A stretch of 64,000 nt of DNA, from positions 71,584 through 135,583 of the forward strand of contig JAUNNH010000004.1 in NCBI GenBank assembly GCA_030531505.1, read 5' to 3'. The first letter of the stretch is position 1, and each line of letters opens with the position of its first letter. Of the stretch, positions 38,856 through 47,517 are shown piece after piece. The position numbers and the translations under genes were made by a program. The notes under the pieces were generated by a model, which searched no databases, was not told the origin of the DNA, and saw nothing but the letters and a program-made list of their open reading frames with translations. Source of the DNA: Eubacteriales bacterium (GTDB lineage: Bacteria > Bacillota > Clostridia > Oscillospirales > Oscillospiraceae).

Positions 38856-40117
38856 CGCTGTATCTGGTCATGGCGGGCCTTTTGCTCTGCCTGTGCCTGT
38901 CGGCCTTTTTCTCCGCGTCGGAGATGGCCTATTCCTCCTGCAATGAGCTGCGCCTGGAGCATCTGCGGGACGACGGGAACCACCGTGCGGCGGTGGCTCT
39001 GCGCCTGACCGAGAAGTTCGATGACACGCTGAGTGCGATCCTGATCGGGAACAATCTCGTGAACATCGCCGCGTCCGCGCTGGGCTCGGTCCTGGTGATC
39101 CTGCTGACCGGCAGTGATCAGCGCGCCTGGCTCTCCACCCTGATCGTCACGGTGCTCGTGATCCTCTTCGGGGAGACGATCCCCAAGATCACCGCCAAGA
39201 AGAACGCCAATCGCCTTTCTCTGCGCAACGCCTATCTGGTGAACGCCCTGCGCGTCGTGCTCAAACCGCTCATCTGGGTGGTCGTAAAGCTGATCTGGCT
39301 GCTTACGCTGGGCATGAAGGGCGAGGAGGATGAGGACGGCGATGAGGCGGTGGAGGAGCTGCAGTCGATCATCGAGACCGCCGAGGACGAAGAGGTCCTG
39401 GATGAGGACCGCTCGGAACTGGTCCAGGCCGCCATCGACTTCTCCGAGATCTCAGCCTCCGAGGTCATGACCGCGCGCGTCGACGTGCAGGCCATCGATA
39501 TCGACGACGACTGGGAGGAGATCATCGCCCAGATCGAAGAGGCGCCGTACTCGCGTCTGCCGGTCTACGAGGACAGCATCGACAACATCATCGGTGTGCT
39601 CTATCTCAATCACTTCCTGAAGGCACTGACGGACGGCGGCCGCGCGGATATCCGCAAGCTGCTGATGCCGCCCTGCTATGTATACAAAACCGTAAAGCTT
39701 CCCGAGGTGCTCAACCAGCTGCGCCGTGCCAAGCAGCATCTGGCCATCGTGTCGGATGAATACGGCGGCACACTGGGCGTCGTCTCAATGGAGGATGTGC
39801 TGGAGCAGATCGTCGGAGATATCTGGGACGAGACCGATACCGTCGAGCAGGAGGTCGTGGAGCGCGCCGAGGGCAGCTATGAGCTGGATGGCGACATGGT
39901 GCTCACCGACGTCTGGGAGCTGCTTGAGATCGACGAGAACGAGGTCGAGGCCGAGAGCGAGACGCTCGGCGGCTGGACGGTCGAGTCCTTCGGCACCTTC
40001 CCGCAGGAAGGGGACAGCTTCCGCTGGGGGGACTGGCGCTTCACGGTGCTGGCCATGGACGGCCGGCGCGTGGAGAAGGTCCTTGTCCGGCGCGAGAGCG
40101 AAGAGACGAAAGAATAA
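38852..40117 (+). CDS. CNNM/TlyC-family protein, paralogue of the preceding gene
   Basis: It has the same DUF21-CBS-CorC architecture and overlaps the upstream paralogue by 4 nt. Confidence 0.9.
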   Translation: MTLYLVMAGLLLCLCLSAFFSASEMAYSSCNELRLEHLRDDGNHRAAVALRLTEKFDDTLSAILIGNNLVNIAASALGSVLVILLTGSDQRAWLSTLIVTVLVILFGETIPKITAKKNANRLSLRNAYLVNALRVVLKPLIWVVVKLIWLLTLGMKGEEDEDGDEAVEELQSIIETAEDEEVLDEDRSELVQAAIDFSEISASEVMTARVDVQAIDIDDDWEEIIAQIEEAPYSRLPVYEDSIDNIIGVLYLNHFLKALTDGGRADIRKLLMPPCYVYKTVKLPEVLNQLRRAKQHLAIVSDEYGGTLGVVSMEDVLEQIVGDIWDETDTVEQEVVERAEGSYELDGDMVLTDVWELLEIDENEVEAESETLGGWTVESFGTFPQEGDSFRWGDWRFTVLAMDGRRVEKVLVRRESEETKE

Positions 40118-40120
40118 GAA

Positions 40121-40151
40121 AAGCATCGCCGGGGCTTCCCCGGCGATGCTT
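40121..40151 (+). terminator. terminator hairpin
   Basis: The stem is aagcatcgccgggg/ccccggcgatgctt. Confidence 0.6.
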
Positions 40152-40269
40152 TGTGTTGGAGCGAAAGAAAGCTGCCCACAAAAAGAATCTGCGAAAAGAA
40201 TAATTCCCTCTTGACAAGCAAACAGCCGTGTGGTATATTATCTAAGCCCTAAGGAAAGGGTATCTATAT

Positions 40270-40345
<76 letters not shown>

Positions 40346-40347
40346 CT

Positions 40348-40383
40348 AAAAACACCGATTCTGATAAAGAATCGGTGTTTTTC
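40348..40383 (+). terminator. rho-independent terminator after tRNA-fMet
   Basis: aaaaacaccgattc/gaatcggtgttttt. Confidence 0.8.
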
Positions 40384-40433
40384 TGCATTATTCTGGCAAC
40401 TTTGTTTTTGGTAATATCGGATATGGCGCACAT

Positions 40434-40453
40434 TTGGCGCACAACCTCGATAA
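40434..40453 (+). repeat. candidate arm-type integrase binding sites (TGGCGCACA x2), copy near attL
   Basis: tggcgcacatttggcgcaca is identical to 48451-48470. Confidence 0.6.
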
Positions 40454-40498
40454 AAATCAGCGGTTACCGCTCCCGCTCCGGGAGTAGTAACCGCTTTT

Positions 40499-41881
40499 TC
40501 ATGCCCTGCGGAGGATAACGTCGGCGATGCTCTCCGCGGCCCGCTCGTCTGCCTGTTTGATAATATGGCTGTAAATGTCCGTGGTGGTAGAGACTTTTGC
40601 ATGGCCGAGGCGCTTGGAAACGGTCAGCGCGTCCGTGCCGTTGTAAATCAACAGCGAGGCCATCGTGTGCCGGAACTTATGAGGATGGATCGGCGGGAGA
40701 TCATATTTTCCTGCGAAGGAGCTGAGCCATTGCGTGACATTATCGGGATTCATAATCCCGCCGTCGTCACGAGTAAATACATAGTCCGTTTCAATCCAAC
40801 GATCGCCGTTCTTCACTTTCAGACCGTCATAATAGGCCCGATACAGTTTCAAAAGCTGGATGGTCTCAGTCGGTACTTTGATATAACGTGTTTCGCCGGT
40901 CTTGGTCGTGTCCTCGTAGACGCCGCTTTCTGCAGTGTATAGGAGCGCACGATCAATACGGAGTTGCTGGCTCTTCCAGTCAATGGCGTCCCAATGCAGG
41001 CCCATAATCTCACCACGGCGGCAGCCGGTTACGATCAGCAAGTGCGTGATGGTGCGCCACTTGATCGGCTCATTCTCTAAGCATTCCAGAATACGCGCCA
41101 GCTCCTCCGGCTGGAAGCAGTCGACCTCTGGCCGGTCGATCTTCGGCGGCGTGGCTCTGTGTGCGGGATTGTATTGGATCAGCATTTCCTTTTCTGCCTG
41201 GCTCATGATAGTGGAAATCAGGCGGTGGTGTTCAAGGATTGTTTTGGCCGAAAGCGGGCTGCTATCTTGGGACAGTTTGAAAAGACTTTCTGTTTTGTAT
41301 CCCAGTGCAGCGGCCAGCGTGTCCGCCGTAGCTTTTGAGACCGTTCTGCCGTGGATGGCCGGGGCAAAGGTCGAGGCTGCCATTCCGGAGGAGCGGGACA
41401 GCTCGGCCGCACTCAGCTTCTTTTCCTTCATCAATGCGGATATGTCCTTTTTTGGCGTAGCCTTGACGGCACAGATCCTCACGCCTTCCTCGCCCAAATT
41501 GGAATAGAACATATTAAGATGCTGCGGGCGAATATCAGCCAGTTTCAAATGACCGATTGCTGCGTTGATCCGTACCAGCAGCTCCCGGTATCTTTCGACG
41601 GTGCGCTGTTTTGTACCGTTACGCTTCTTCAGGTCGAGCACATACTCTGCATACTGCGCGAAGCTCTGGCGGTTGTCCGCGACAAAGCCCTGCTCGATCT
41701 GCTGCTCGAACTCAAAGGCGGCTTTCTGTACAGCCTTCTCGATCTGCCGCTCTGTCATGCCCGGCTCAGGTCGCCAGGTCTTGAAATGTCGGATCTGTTT
41801 CCCGTCTGTATTGCGCCCGCTCGTGACGGTGATTTTAAAGGAGACGCCGGTTTTCCCGTCAATCCTTTTGATGTTCGCCAT
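40499..41881 (-). CDS. tyrosine recombinase / phage integrase (element 1)
   Basis: The N-terminal SAM-like/arm-binding region is MANIKRIDGKTGVSFKITV. The catalytic region is HPHKFRHTMAS...LGHAKVSTTTDIYSH. The internal ATG is at 41879-41881. Confidence 0.9.
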   Translation of the reverse strand: MANIKRIDGKTGVSFKITVTSGRNTDGKQIRHFKTWRPEPGMTERQIEKAVQKAAFEFEQQIEQGFVADNRQSFAQYAEYVLDLKKRNGTKQRTVERYRELLVRINAAIGHLKLADIRPQHLNMFYSNLGEEGVRICAVKATPKKDISALMKEKKLSAAELSRSSGMAASTFAPAIHGRTVSKATADTLAAALGYKTESLFKLSQDSSPLSAKTILEHHRLISTIMSQAEKEMLIQYNPAHRATPPKIDRPEVDCFQPEELARILECLENEPIKWRTITHLLIVTGCRRGEIMGLHWDAIDWKSQQLRIDRALLYTAESGVYEDTTKTGETRYIKVPTETIQLLKLYRAYYDGLKVKNGDRWIETDYVFTRDDGGIMNPDNVTQWLSSFAGKYDLPPIHPHKFRHTMASLLIYNGTDALTVSKRLGHAKVSTTTDIYSHIIKQADERAAESIADVILRRA

Positions 41882-42614
41882 TTGCTTTCTCCGCCTCCCC
41901 GATTTCTCCCTCTGGATACCATAGCTCAAAGTCTTCATCCTTATCAATCGTCCACAATGACGCGGTGTCTATTCGACCGATTGATTCGAACTGCTTGATT
42001 GCATCATCTTCCATCCGGCCAACGACCTCGGCCAGAGCTTTGCTTATCTCTTCCTGTGCTTCCAGCAGGAAAAAGTCCTCTGCAGAAGATGCAGGAATCG
42101 TATAGGTGTTACCATTCCGAGAGATGGCGCTGATAATATTCTCGATCTCAATGTGCGATGGCTTTTCCTCGCTCGATGCGATTAGATGAGCTCTGGCAGC
42201 TTCAAGCACATATCCCGGAATTGCATCAAGCCCACTTTCCCCAATCAGAACAATCGAATCAAAGAGCTTTCTATAAAATCCTACTCTCAAATCATCAGGG
42301 TCATACCCACTAAAATGCAGGAAATTCACAGTCGAAGGGGAAAGGCCAGTGAATTCGCAAACTGATCTGATAGTCTGATCAACTGCACGCTCATCAGACA
42401 ACCCGATGAGCCAATCAGAAGGAATTTTGCATTTCTTACAAATCTGGAACATGGTTTCGATATCAGGGATTCGGTCGCCATTCAGGTAAAAGCCTACAGT
42501 TTGCCGAGATAAACCAAGCAGCTTAGCAAATTCAGTAATGTTTCCATTACTTTGCTCTTTCAGTAACTCATTGAATCTATCCCTAAAGACCGGTACTCTC
42601 GCATTGTTCTGCAT
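41859..42614 (-). CDS. XRE-family HTH regulator with C-terminal extension (cI-like repressor candidate)
   Basis: The HTH is ITEFAKLLGLSRQTVGFYLNGDRIPDIETMFQICKKCKI. It overlaps the int start, so the two form an operon. Confidence 0.8.
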   Translation of the reverse strand: MQNNARVPVFRDRFNELLKEQSNGNITEFAKLLGLSRQTVGFYLNGDRIPDIETMFQICKKCKIPSDWLIGLSDERAVDQTIRSVCEFTGLSPSTVNFLHFSGYDPDDLRVGFYRKLFDSIVLIGESGLDAIPGYVLEAARAHLIASSEEKPSHIEIENIISAISRNGNTYTIPASSAEDFFLLEAQEEISKALAEVVGRMEDDAIKQFESIGRIDTASLWTIDKDEDFELWYPEGEIGEAEKANGEHQKD

Positions 42615-42680
42615 TTGTTCACTCTCCTACCCATCAAAAGCTCTGAATGTTAACGGACGTTGTTTTATTTGCTCGGCCTA

Positions 42681-42709
42681 TTGACTCAAGGCCGGTTGCC
42701 GGTTACAAT
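42681..42709 (+). promoter_or_regulatory. near-consensus sigma-A promoter for rightward genes of element 1
   Basis: TTGACT (42681-42686), a 17-nt spacer and TACAAT (42704-42709), in the divergent intergenic region. Confidence 0.6.
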
Positions 42710-42798
42710 CCTCACAGGTGCTCTTCTTGTTGTCGTTGCTGATTATAGCAGATTACAAGTGAAGCGTCAACAACAATTTTGTGAAAGGGTTGATAATC

Positions 42799-42996
42799 AT
42801 GGCAAACGATGCGATTCGAAACAGGGCAAAAGAGGTCGGAGTCAAGCTCTGGGAAGTGGCTGATTTCTTTAAGATGGCCGACAGCACTTTTTCTCGGCAG
42901 ATGCGGCGAGAACTCCCGTATGATAAACAGCAGCATATCCTTAGTGCAATCGACCGTATTTCTGAAATCAAGGCGGAGCAAAAACAGGGGGTGTGA
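42799..42996 (+). CDS. small HTH protein (cro-like)
   Basis: MANDAIRNRAKEVGVKLWEVADFFKMADSTFSRQMRREL resembles short regulators of Firmicutes phages/ICEs. This is recall-based. Confidence 0.55.
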   Translation: MANDAIRNRAKEVGVKLWEVADFFKMADSTFSRQMRRELPYDKQQHILSAIDRISEIKAEQKQGV

Positions 42997-42999
42997 TCC

Positions 43000-43227
43000 G
43001 TGAGGATGCGCACAATCGATCAAGCCGCGAGCTGGTCGCAGGAGACAGATCCAGATACAGCTCTGACAAAGACCGCACTGCGTCGCCTGGTGGTTACGGG
43101 GAAGCTTCCCAGCGTCCGGATCGGGCAAAAATACCTAGTATCGCTGGAAGCGCTGGAAGACTACTTGCGCGGGGCTGTTCCGCTTCCGTTGCCGGCTGTG
43201 TCCGAAATTCGGAGGATTGATCTATGA
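43000..43227 (+). CDS. excisionase-family DNA-binding protein (HTH_17-like)
   Basis: ...LTKTALRRLVVTGKLPSVRIGQKYLVSLEALEDYL is present. The GTG start follows a GGGGG SD. Confidence 0.7.
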   Translation: MRMRTIDQAASWSQETDPDTALTKTALRRLVVTGKLPSVRIGQKYLVSLEALEDYLRGAVPLPLPAVSEIRRIDL

Positions 43228-43375
43228 GGGTGACGAAAAGAACCGCTCCCGACGTTGACCATCGAGAGCGGCACGGGAAATCGAATCAGCGGTCAGGCTA
43301 TCGGAGATCCCGCTCACGATATTATCACAAGGACGGACAGCCGGCAAGTGGTTTCTGCTCTGTTGATGGCGGGCG

Positions 43376-43747
43376 GTGGTAAATGTGCCACGACATAAGG
43401 CCGCCAGAAATTGCGAGATTCGCCCCTGGCTGTCAGCTCGTGTGGATTGTTCCGAAGGGCGCTTTTTGCAGGTAGGGAACAGTTTGTTGCTCTGCGAAGC
43501 ATTCCAAAGGCTTTCTTCCGGCGCTCAGATTCTTTACTTGGAAATGTCTTTGGAAGCCGGTGGACGGCGGGAGTTTGTTTTTCCACTTTCTGCGGCAAAA
43601 AAATACGGAGTTCCGCCTCGATCATTCCGGCGCTATGTGGACGAGCTGATTCAGGCAGGGTTCATCGAGAAGACGAGCTTGAAAAACCTTCGGCAGCCGA
43701 ACGAGTATTGCTTTTCTTTCCGTTGGAAAGAGAAACAACCGCCTTAA
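43376..43747 (+). CDS. putative replication/initiator-type winged-helix protein
   Basis: The pattern FLQVGNSLLLCEAFQRLSSGAQILYLEMSL...FRRYVDELIQAGFIEKT resembles the N-terminal domains of RepA_N/DnaD-type initiators. Iterons follow immediately downstream. The start codon is uncertain. Confidence 0.45.
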   Translation: MVNVPRHKAARNCEIRPWLSARVDCSEGRFLQVGNSLLLCEAFQRLSSGAQILYLEMSLEAGGRREFVFPLSAAKKYGVPPRSFRRYVDELIQAGFIEKTSLKNLRQPNEYCFSFRWKEKQPP

Positions 43748-43780
43748 AAGAATCCATTCCCCTGGCGACATGTAGTATAT

Positions 43781-43920
43781 CTGTGCCATTTTGGCACAGT
43801 GGCGGGAGGATAAAAGACTCACTGGTTATGCCATTTTGGCACAGTGTAACGGGAAAAGGATCATTGCACTGTGCCATTTTGGCACAAGATAGGGCCCTGC
43901 ACTATGCCAGATTGGCACAG
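43781..43920. repeat. four iterons of palindrome TGCCA-N3-TGGCA (candidate ori or operator array)
   Basis: The sites are at 43784-43796, 43829-43841, 43872-43884 and 43905-43917. Two are extended to the perfect 19-bp palindrome ctgtgccattttggcacag. Confidence 0.75.
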
Positions 43921-43940
43921 CCAAATGAAGGAGGAACAAT

Positions 43941-44189
43941 ATGGTTACAGAGGAACAGGCCGAGCAAGAGATTGACGCTTTGAACAAATCGCCTTTCGTC
44001 CAGCTCGCCCGAAAAGCACAGCGTAATCGGTATATGGTTCAGCAGCGCCTCTATCAGCTCCGATGGTTGGAGAAACACGGACGCGAACTGGCCGACGCCG
44101 GAATCACTATGGACATACTGCGTGCCCAGGCAGCATCTCTGCGGGCCGATATGAAGGATGATGATCCGGACGAGGACGCGACGTGGTAA
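43941..44189 (+). CDS. hypothetical protein
   Basis: An AAGGAGG SD is present and the coding composition is consistent with its neighbours. Confidence 0.5.
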   Translation: MVTEEQAEQEIDALNKSPFVQLARKAQRNRYMVQQRLYQLRWLEKHGRELADAGITMDILRAQAASLRADMKDDDPDEDATW

Positions 44190-44234
44190 TGGAAGCGAGC
44201 ACTTCCGGGCGCTTTTGAGCGCTGAGGAGGAAAA

Positions 44235-44594
44235 ATGACGAATAGGCAACAGAGGGCATTTGCTGCACTGATCCGCAGCCCTACCACGCGGGAGGCCGCA
44301 GCAGAGGCAAAGATCGGATATTCCACTCTGAGAAAGTGGATGACCTCAGATGACGATTTTCGTAAAGCATATCAGGAAGAGCTATCACAGCTTGTAGAAG
44401 CGGCCGGGCGCTCTATCCGGGCTGGAATGACCGATGCAGCGGAGGCTCTGCGCAGGATTGCCACAGATCCAGACGCGCCGAGTTCTTCACGCGTCCAGGC
44501 GGCGAAAGCAATTCTTGATTCCGGTTTGCGGATCGTCGAGATCACCGATGTTCTTACTAGGTTGGAGGCGTTGGAAGATGCACAGGGAGATTAA
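44235..44594 (+). CDS. HTH protein resembling phage small-terminase/packaging N-terminal domain
   Basis: NRQQRAFAALIRSPTTREAAAEAKIGYSTLRKWM... and ...SSRVQAAKAILD follow a pattern recalled from TerS-like proteins. Confidence 0.45.
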   Translation: MTNRQQRAFAALIRSPTTREAAAEAKIGYSTLRKWMTSDDDFRKAYQEELSQLVEAAGRSIRAGMTDAAEALRRIATDPDAPSSSRVQAAKAILDSGLRIVEITDVLTRLEALEDAQGD

Positions 44595-44597
44595 TAG

Positions 44598-44849
44598 ATG
44601 AAGTATTCGAAGCGTCTGCGCAAGCTGGAGCATACAAAGTCACCCGTGCTTAGCCGGGAAGAACAGGAGCGGCGGCTGTCGGCATTTATTGAAGTTGAAA
44701 CGATGGTCACGGGCCGACCGCCGACAGAGGCCGAGATCGAGGAAGAACGGCAGCGCCTTAACCAGCCGCCCCGGCGCGTGAAGCCGGAAGAGATCCGCGC
44801 GATTGCGGAAGAAATCGAAAAAGTGTTATATTCTGAAAGGAGATCATAA
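44598..44849 (+). CDS. hypothetical protein
   Basis: It is tightly packed in the rightward operon, with 3-nt gaps. Confidence 0.5.
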   Translation: MKYSKRLRKLEHTKSPVLSREEQERRLSAFIEVETMVTGRPPTEAEIEEERQRLNQPPRRVKPEEIRAIAEEIEKVLYSERRS

Positions 44850-44851
44850 AC

Positions 44852-45547
44852 ATGGAAAGAGCCGATAAAGCATACTACGAAGCGATCGAGGAACTTGATG
44901 CAGCTGTTAAGGCCGCGAGAAGAAAGCACAAGGAAGTCATTGGCAAGCTGAAAGCCGCTGAGGGCAAAGTAAACGAAAGCCGGAACCTTTCCGACAGATA
45001 TACGGAGCAGCACCTGCAGAAAGAGATGGCCAAAATCGCACTGGATAAGATCAAGCGCGAGATCCGGCCCCAGATTTCGACCATCTGGCAAGACTTTGAC
45101 ACTACTGCCGCGCAGATCCGTCGGAAACTTGTGGCAGATCTGGAAGAAGCCGATACTTACCGTGCGTCGGACATGGACATGGCGGCTGTTGCCCTGTTGA
45201 ACAGCGGTACGATGAGGCTGAAAGATTTTCAGAACATGGCCACCGAGTTTTCCGAAAATCCGACTGTTCTGGCACTCCTTCGCAAGACAGCAAGGGAAGC
45301 CGCCGAAAAGATGACCGACGAGGAGCGCGGTCAGGAGAGAGGTTTGCTGATGGACATGGCAAACAACGCTCGAACCGACAGCGAAAAGCTGTTGAAGGGT
45401 TACGATGATCTGAACTACATCGCCCGCATGTTCTCTGGGCGGGATTCAAACGGCAATTTCGAGAGTGGGCTTTCGGGTGCTTCGCTGGATGCTTGGGAAC
45501 GCGCAACAGAGGGCGTGATTCCCAGAGACGGTAGCGAAAGCGAATAA
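44852..45547 (+). CDS. hypothetical coiled-coil protein
   Basis: It is in the same operon; no motif was recognised. Confidence 0.5.
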   Translation: MERADKAYYEAIEELDAAVKAARRKHKEVIGKLKAAEGKVNESRNLSDRYTEQHLQKEMAKIALDKIKREIRPQISTIWQDFDTTAAQIRRKLVADLEEADTYRASDMDMAAVALLNSGTMRLKDFQNMATEFSENPTVLALLRKTAREAAEKMTDEERGQERGLLMDMANNARTDSEKLLKGYDDLNYIARMFSGRDSNGNFESGLSGASLDAWERATEGVIPRDGSESE

Positions 45548-45614
45548 GTATCAAACGCGTAAAGTGATACAGGGCCGCGTAGATCCGCGGCCCTTTCCAC
45601 ATTGGAGGGCAACA

Positions 45615-46013
45615 ATGACACTGGAAGAGCTGAACACGCATCTTGCAGCGCTCCAGACTCTGGAGACTGCCCGTGAAGTCCTCGCATCGTTGCGGGCGGC
45701 AGCGCTGAGCGCGTCCAGGCTGGACGCAACGCCACGCACTCCCGGCGTTGGGGATAGAACGGCGGCGCTGGCCATGAAGATATCACAGCAGAAGGATATC
45801 GTTGCAAGCCTTGAGCGCACGGTTGATGCTTCCAGTGTGACCGTCAAAGAGTTTATAGATTCCGTGACCGACAATCGGCTTAATGTGATTCTATATCTGC
45901 GTTTCGTCTGCGGCTATGAGTGGGCCGAGGTCGCGGAGATCATCGGCGGCAGAAATACCGAGAACGCCGTCAAATCTTTAGTTTATCGCTTCTTTCGCTC
46001 ACAAGCCCTCTGA
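45615..46013 (+). CDS. sigma-70 region-4-like transcriptional activator (DUF1492 / ArpU-RinA-like)
   Basis: The C-terminus RLNVILYLRFVCGYEWAEVAEIIGGRNTENAVKSLVYRFF is a region-4 HTH. The ATG at 45615 has a GGAGGG SD. Confidence 0.65.
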   Translation: MTLEELNTHLAALQTLETAREVLASLRAAALSASRLDATPRTPGVGDRTAALAMKISQQKDIVASLERTVDASSVTVKEFIDSVTDNRLNVILYLRFVCGYEWAEVAEIIGGRNTENAVKSLVYRFFRSQAL

Positions 46014-46163
46014 GCGCGTTTCTGCGCATCTTTGCAGCAGCGGGGCAGAGACACCCCCAGCGCAGCAGGCGCAATCTGGAAGCGTTGCAACGGCTTTTCC
46101 GTAGAAAACAGCCATGAATACGAATCAGGGACTGCAAACTGCAAGCCCCTGATCTTTTGCCAT

Positions 46164-46754
46164 TTATTTGTCAGCCGACATTTGATCGATCCGGCGTTTT
46201 TCGTCCTCTTCAAGTGTGAAGAAAAACGCTTTTACCTGATCACCCCTCAACTCCAAACGCTCTACCATATCGTTGATGGTTTTAAGGCTCATAGATGAAA
46301 GGTTATTCAAATATCGCCGGAGTGTTGACGGCGCAATGTGCAGCGCGGCAGCGAACGCCTTATATGTGCCATACTTTTCTTTTATCCTGGCACAAAGCGC
46401 GGTGTGATCGAATTGTATATGCTTGCTCTTGGCTGGGGCGGTCGGCTCCGGCTCCCGTGCGTCCGGTTCTGCTGGGGGTTCGATCTGCAGGGCCTTTTCT
46501 ATGGCCTCGACGTAATCAAAATACTGCTGCTGCGTGTGCAGCTTCCCCTCTCTGCAATCCTGCATAAATGCGCTGGCTAATTCCTTTGTCGCTGGCCAAC
46601 TTTCGAGGGTTTCGCCATCCGGGATGGCTTTCATGCAAAGGATAAGCCGGAGGGCGTAATACTTTTCCTTCCTGTTCATCTTGGAAAGCATGTCAGTAAA
46701 TTCTGTTTCAAGATCTCTGTCTGCTGCGCTGTTTGTTTCGTTCATTTTTATCAT
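46164..46754 (-). CDS. protein with C-terminal XRE-like HTH
   Basis: ALCARIKEKYGTYKAFAAALHIAPSTLRRYLNN is present. Confidence 0.55.
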   Translation of the reverse strand: MIKMNETNSAADRDLETEFTDMLSKMNRKEKYYALRLILCMKAIPDGETLESWPATKELASAFMQDCREGKLHTQQQYFDYVEAIEKALQIEPPAEPDAREPEPTAPAKSKHIQFDHTALCARIKEKYGTYKAFAAALHIAPSTLRRYLNNLSSMSLKTINDMVERLELRGDQVKAFFFTLEEDEKRRIDQMSADK

Positions 46755-46834
46755 CCTTTCTTGAATTGAGGGGTATACTCGGCATTAGCAGCAACGGTAC
46801 GCCCCTTGTGGCTGAGCAATTCCTTCTTCATTTG

Positions 46835-47089
46835 TTACGGCGCGGGTTGTCTCCCTTCCAAAGCGTAAACAAGGGCCTGCACGTCCTCCCGCACATGGGC
46901 CATATAATCAGCGATTCCCCGGGCCATTTCTGCGGCGCTCACGTCGGGGCTGTCCTTCTCTCTCTCCGCGAGAATATCAAGCATCCCCTCGACGGAGTAA
47001 AGACGTTGAAAGATGGTCTCTTTATCTGGCATAATTTGTCCTTTCCGCGGTCTATCCCAGCTGTCATGATATAGTGGATTCGTTTCCAC
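46835..47089 (-). CDS. hypothetical protein
   Basis: An ORF of reasonable composition upstream of the HTH gene on the same strand. Confidence 0.4.
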   Translation of the reverse strand: METNPLYHDSWDRPRKGQIMPDKETIFQRLYSVEGMLDILAEREKDSPDVSAAEMARGIADYMAHVREDVQALVYALEGRQPAP

Positions 47090-47236
47090 TTACCCAAAGA
47101 ATAATATATCGTACCCGATATATCAAGCTGGAATAATCAACAAAAAGAAAGGTGGCTATTTGACACTTTTATCTATTGTCCCCGATAGGCGTTTTTTGAT
47201 ATGATAATACATAACTACGGAGAGGATGGTGATTCT

Positions 47237-47425
47237 ATGACGGCAACAAAGGCCCAGCAGCGGGCTGTAAACAAATACATGAAAGAAAACTATGACGAGA
47301 TCAAGGTTAGAACCGAGAAAGGGAAGAAAGCCAAGATCAAGGCCCACGCCGAAAGCCGGGGCGAGAGCGTCAATTCGTTTATTAATCGGGCCATAGATGA
47401 GACGATGGAAAAGGACCAGCATTAA
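47237..47425 (+). CDS. ribbon-helix-helix (CopG/Arc-like) protein
   Basis: MTATKAQQRAVNKYMKENYDEIKVRTEKGKKAKIKAHAESRGESVNSFINRAI is a typical RHH antitoxin/repressor layout. The ATG at 47237 has a GGAGAGGA SD. Confidence 0.6.
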   Translation: MTATKAQQRAVNKYMKENYDEIKVRTEKGKKAKIKAHAESRGESVNSFINRAIDETMEKDQH

Positions 47426-47474
47426 GTGGAAGGTTGCAATATTAATAAATTTTTAGTTTTGATAATGTAACAGC

Positions 47475-47502
47475 AAAAGGCAGCTGATAACAGCTGCCTT
47501 TT
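47475..47502. terminator. bidirectional terminator between RHH and NYN genes
   Basis: aaaaggcagctg/cagctgcctttt with an ataa loop. Confidence 0.8.
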
Positions 47503-47517
47503 GTTGTTCTTGTGAGT

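Noticed and set aside
43781-43920. The repeat array considered as a mini-CRISPR.
   Set aside because: The repeats are short palindromes of 13-19 nt with uneven spacers of 14-26 nt. There are only four copies and no cas genes. The position after a rep-like gene fits iterons or operators.
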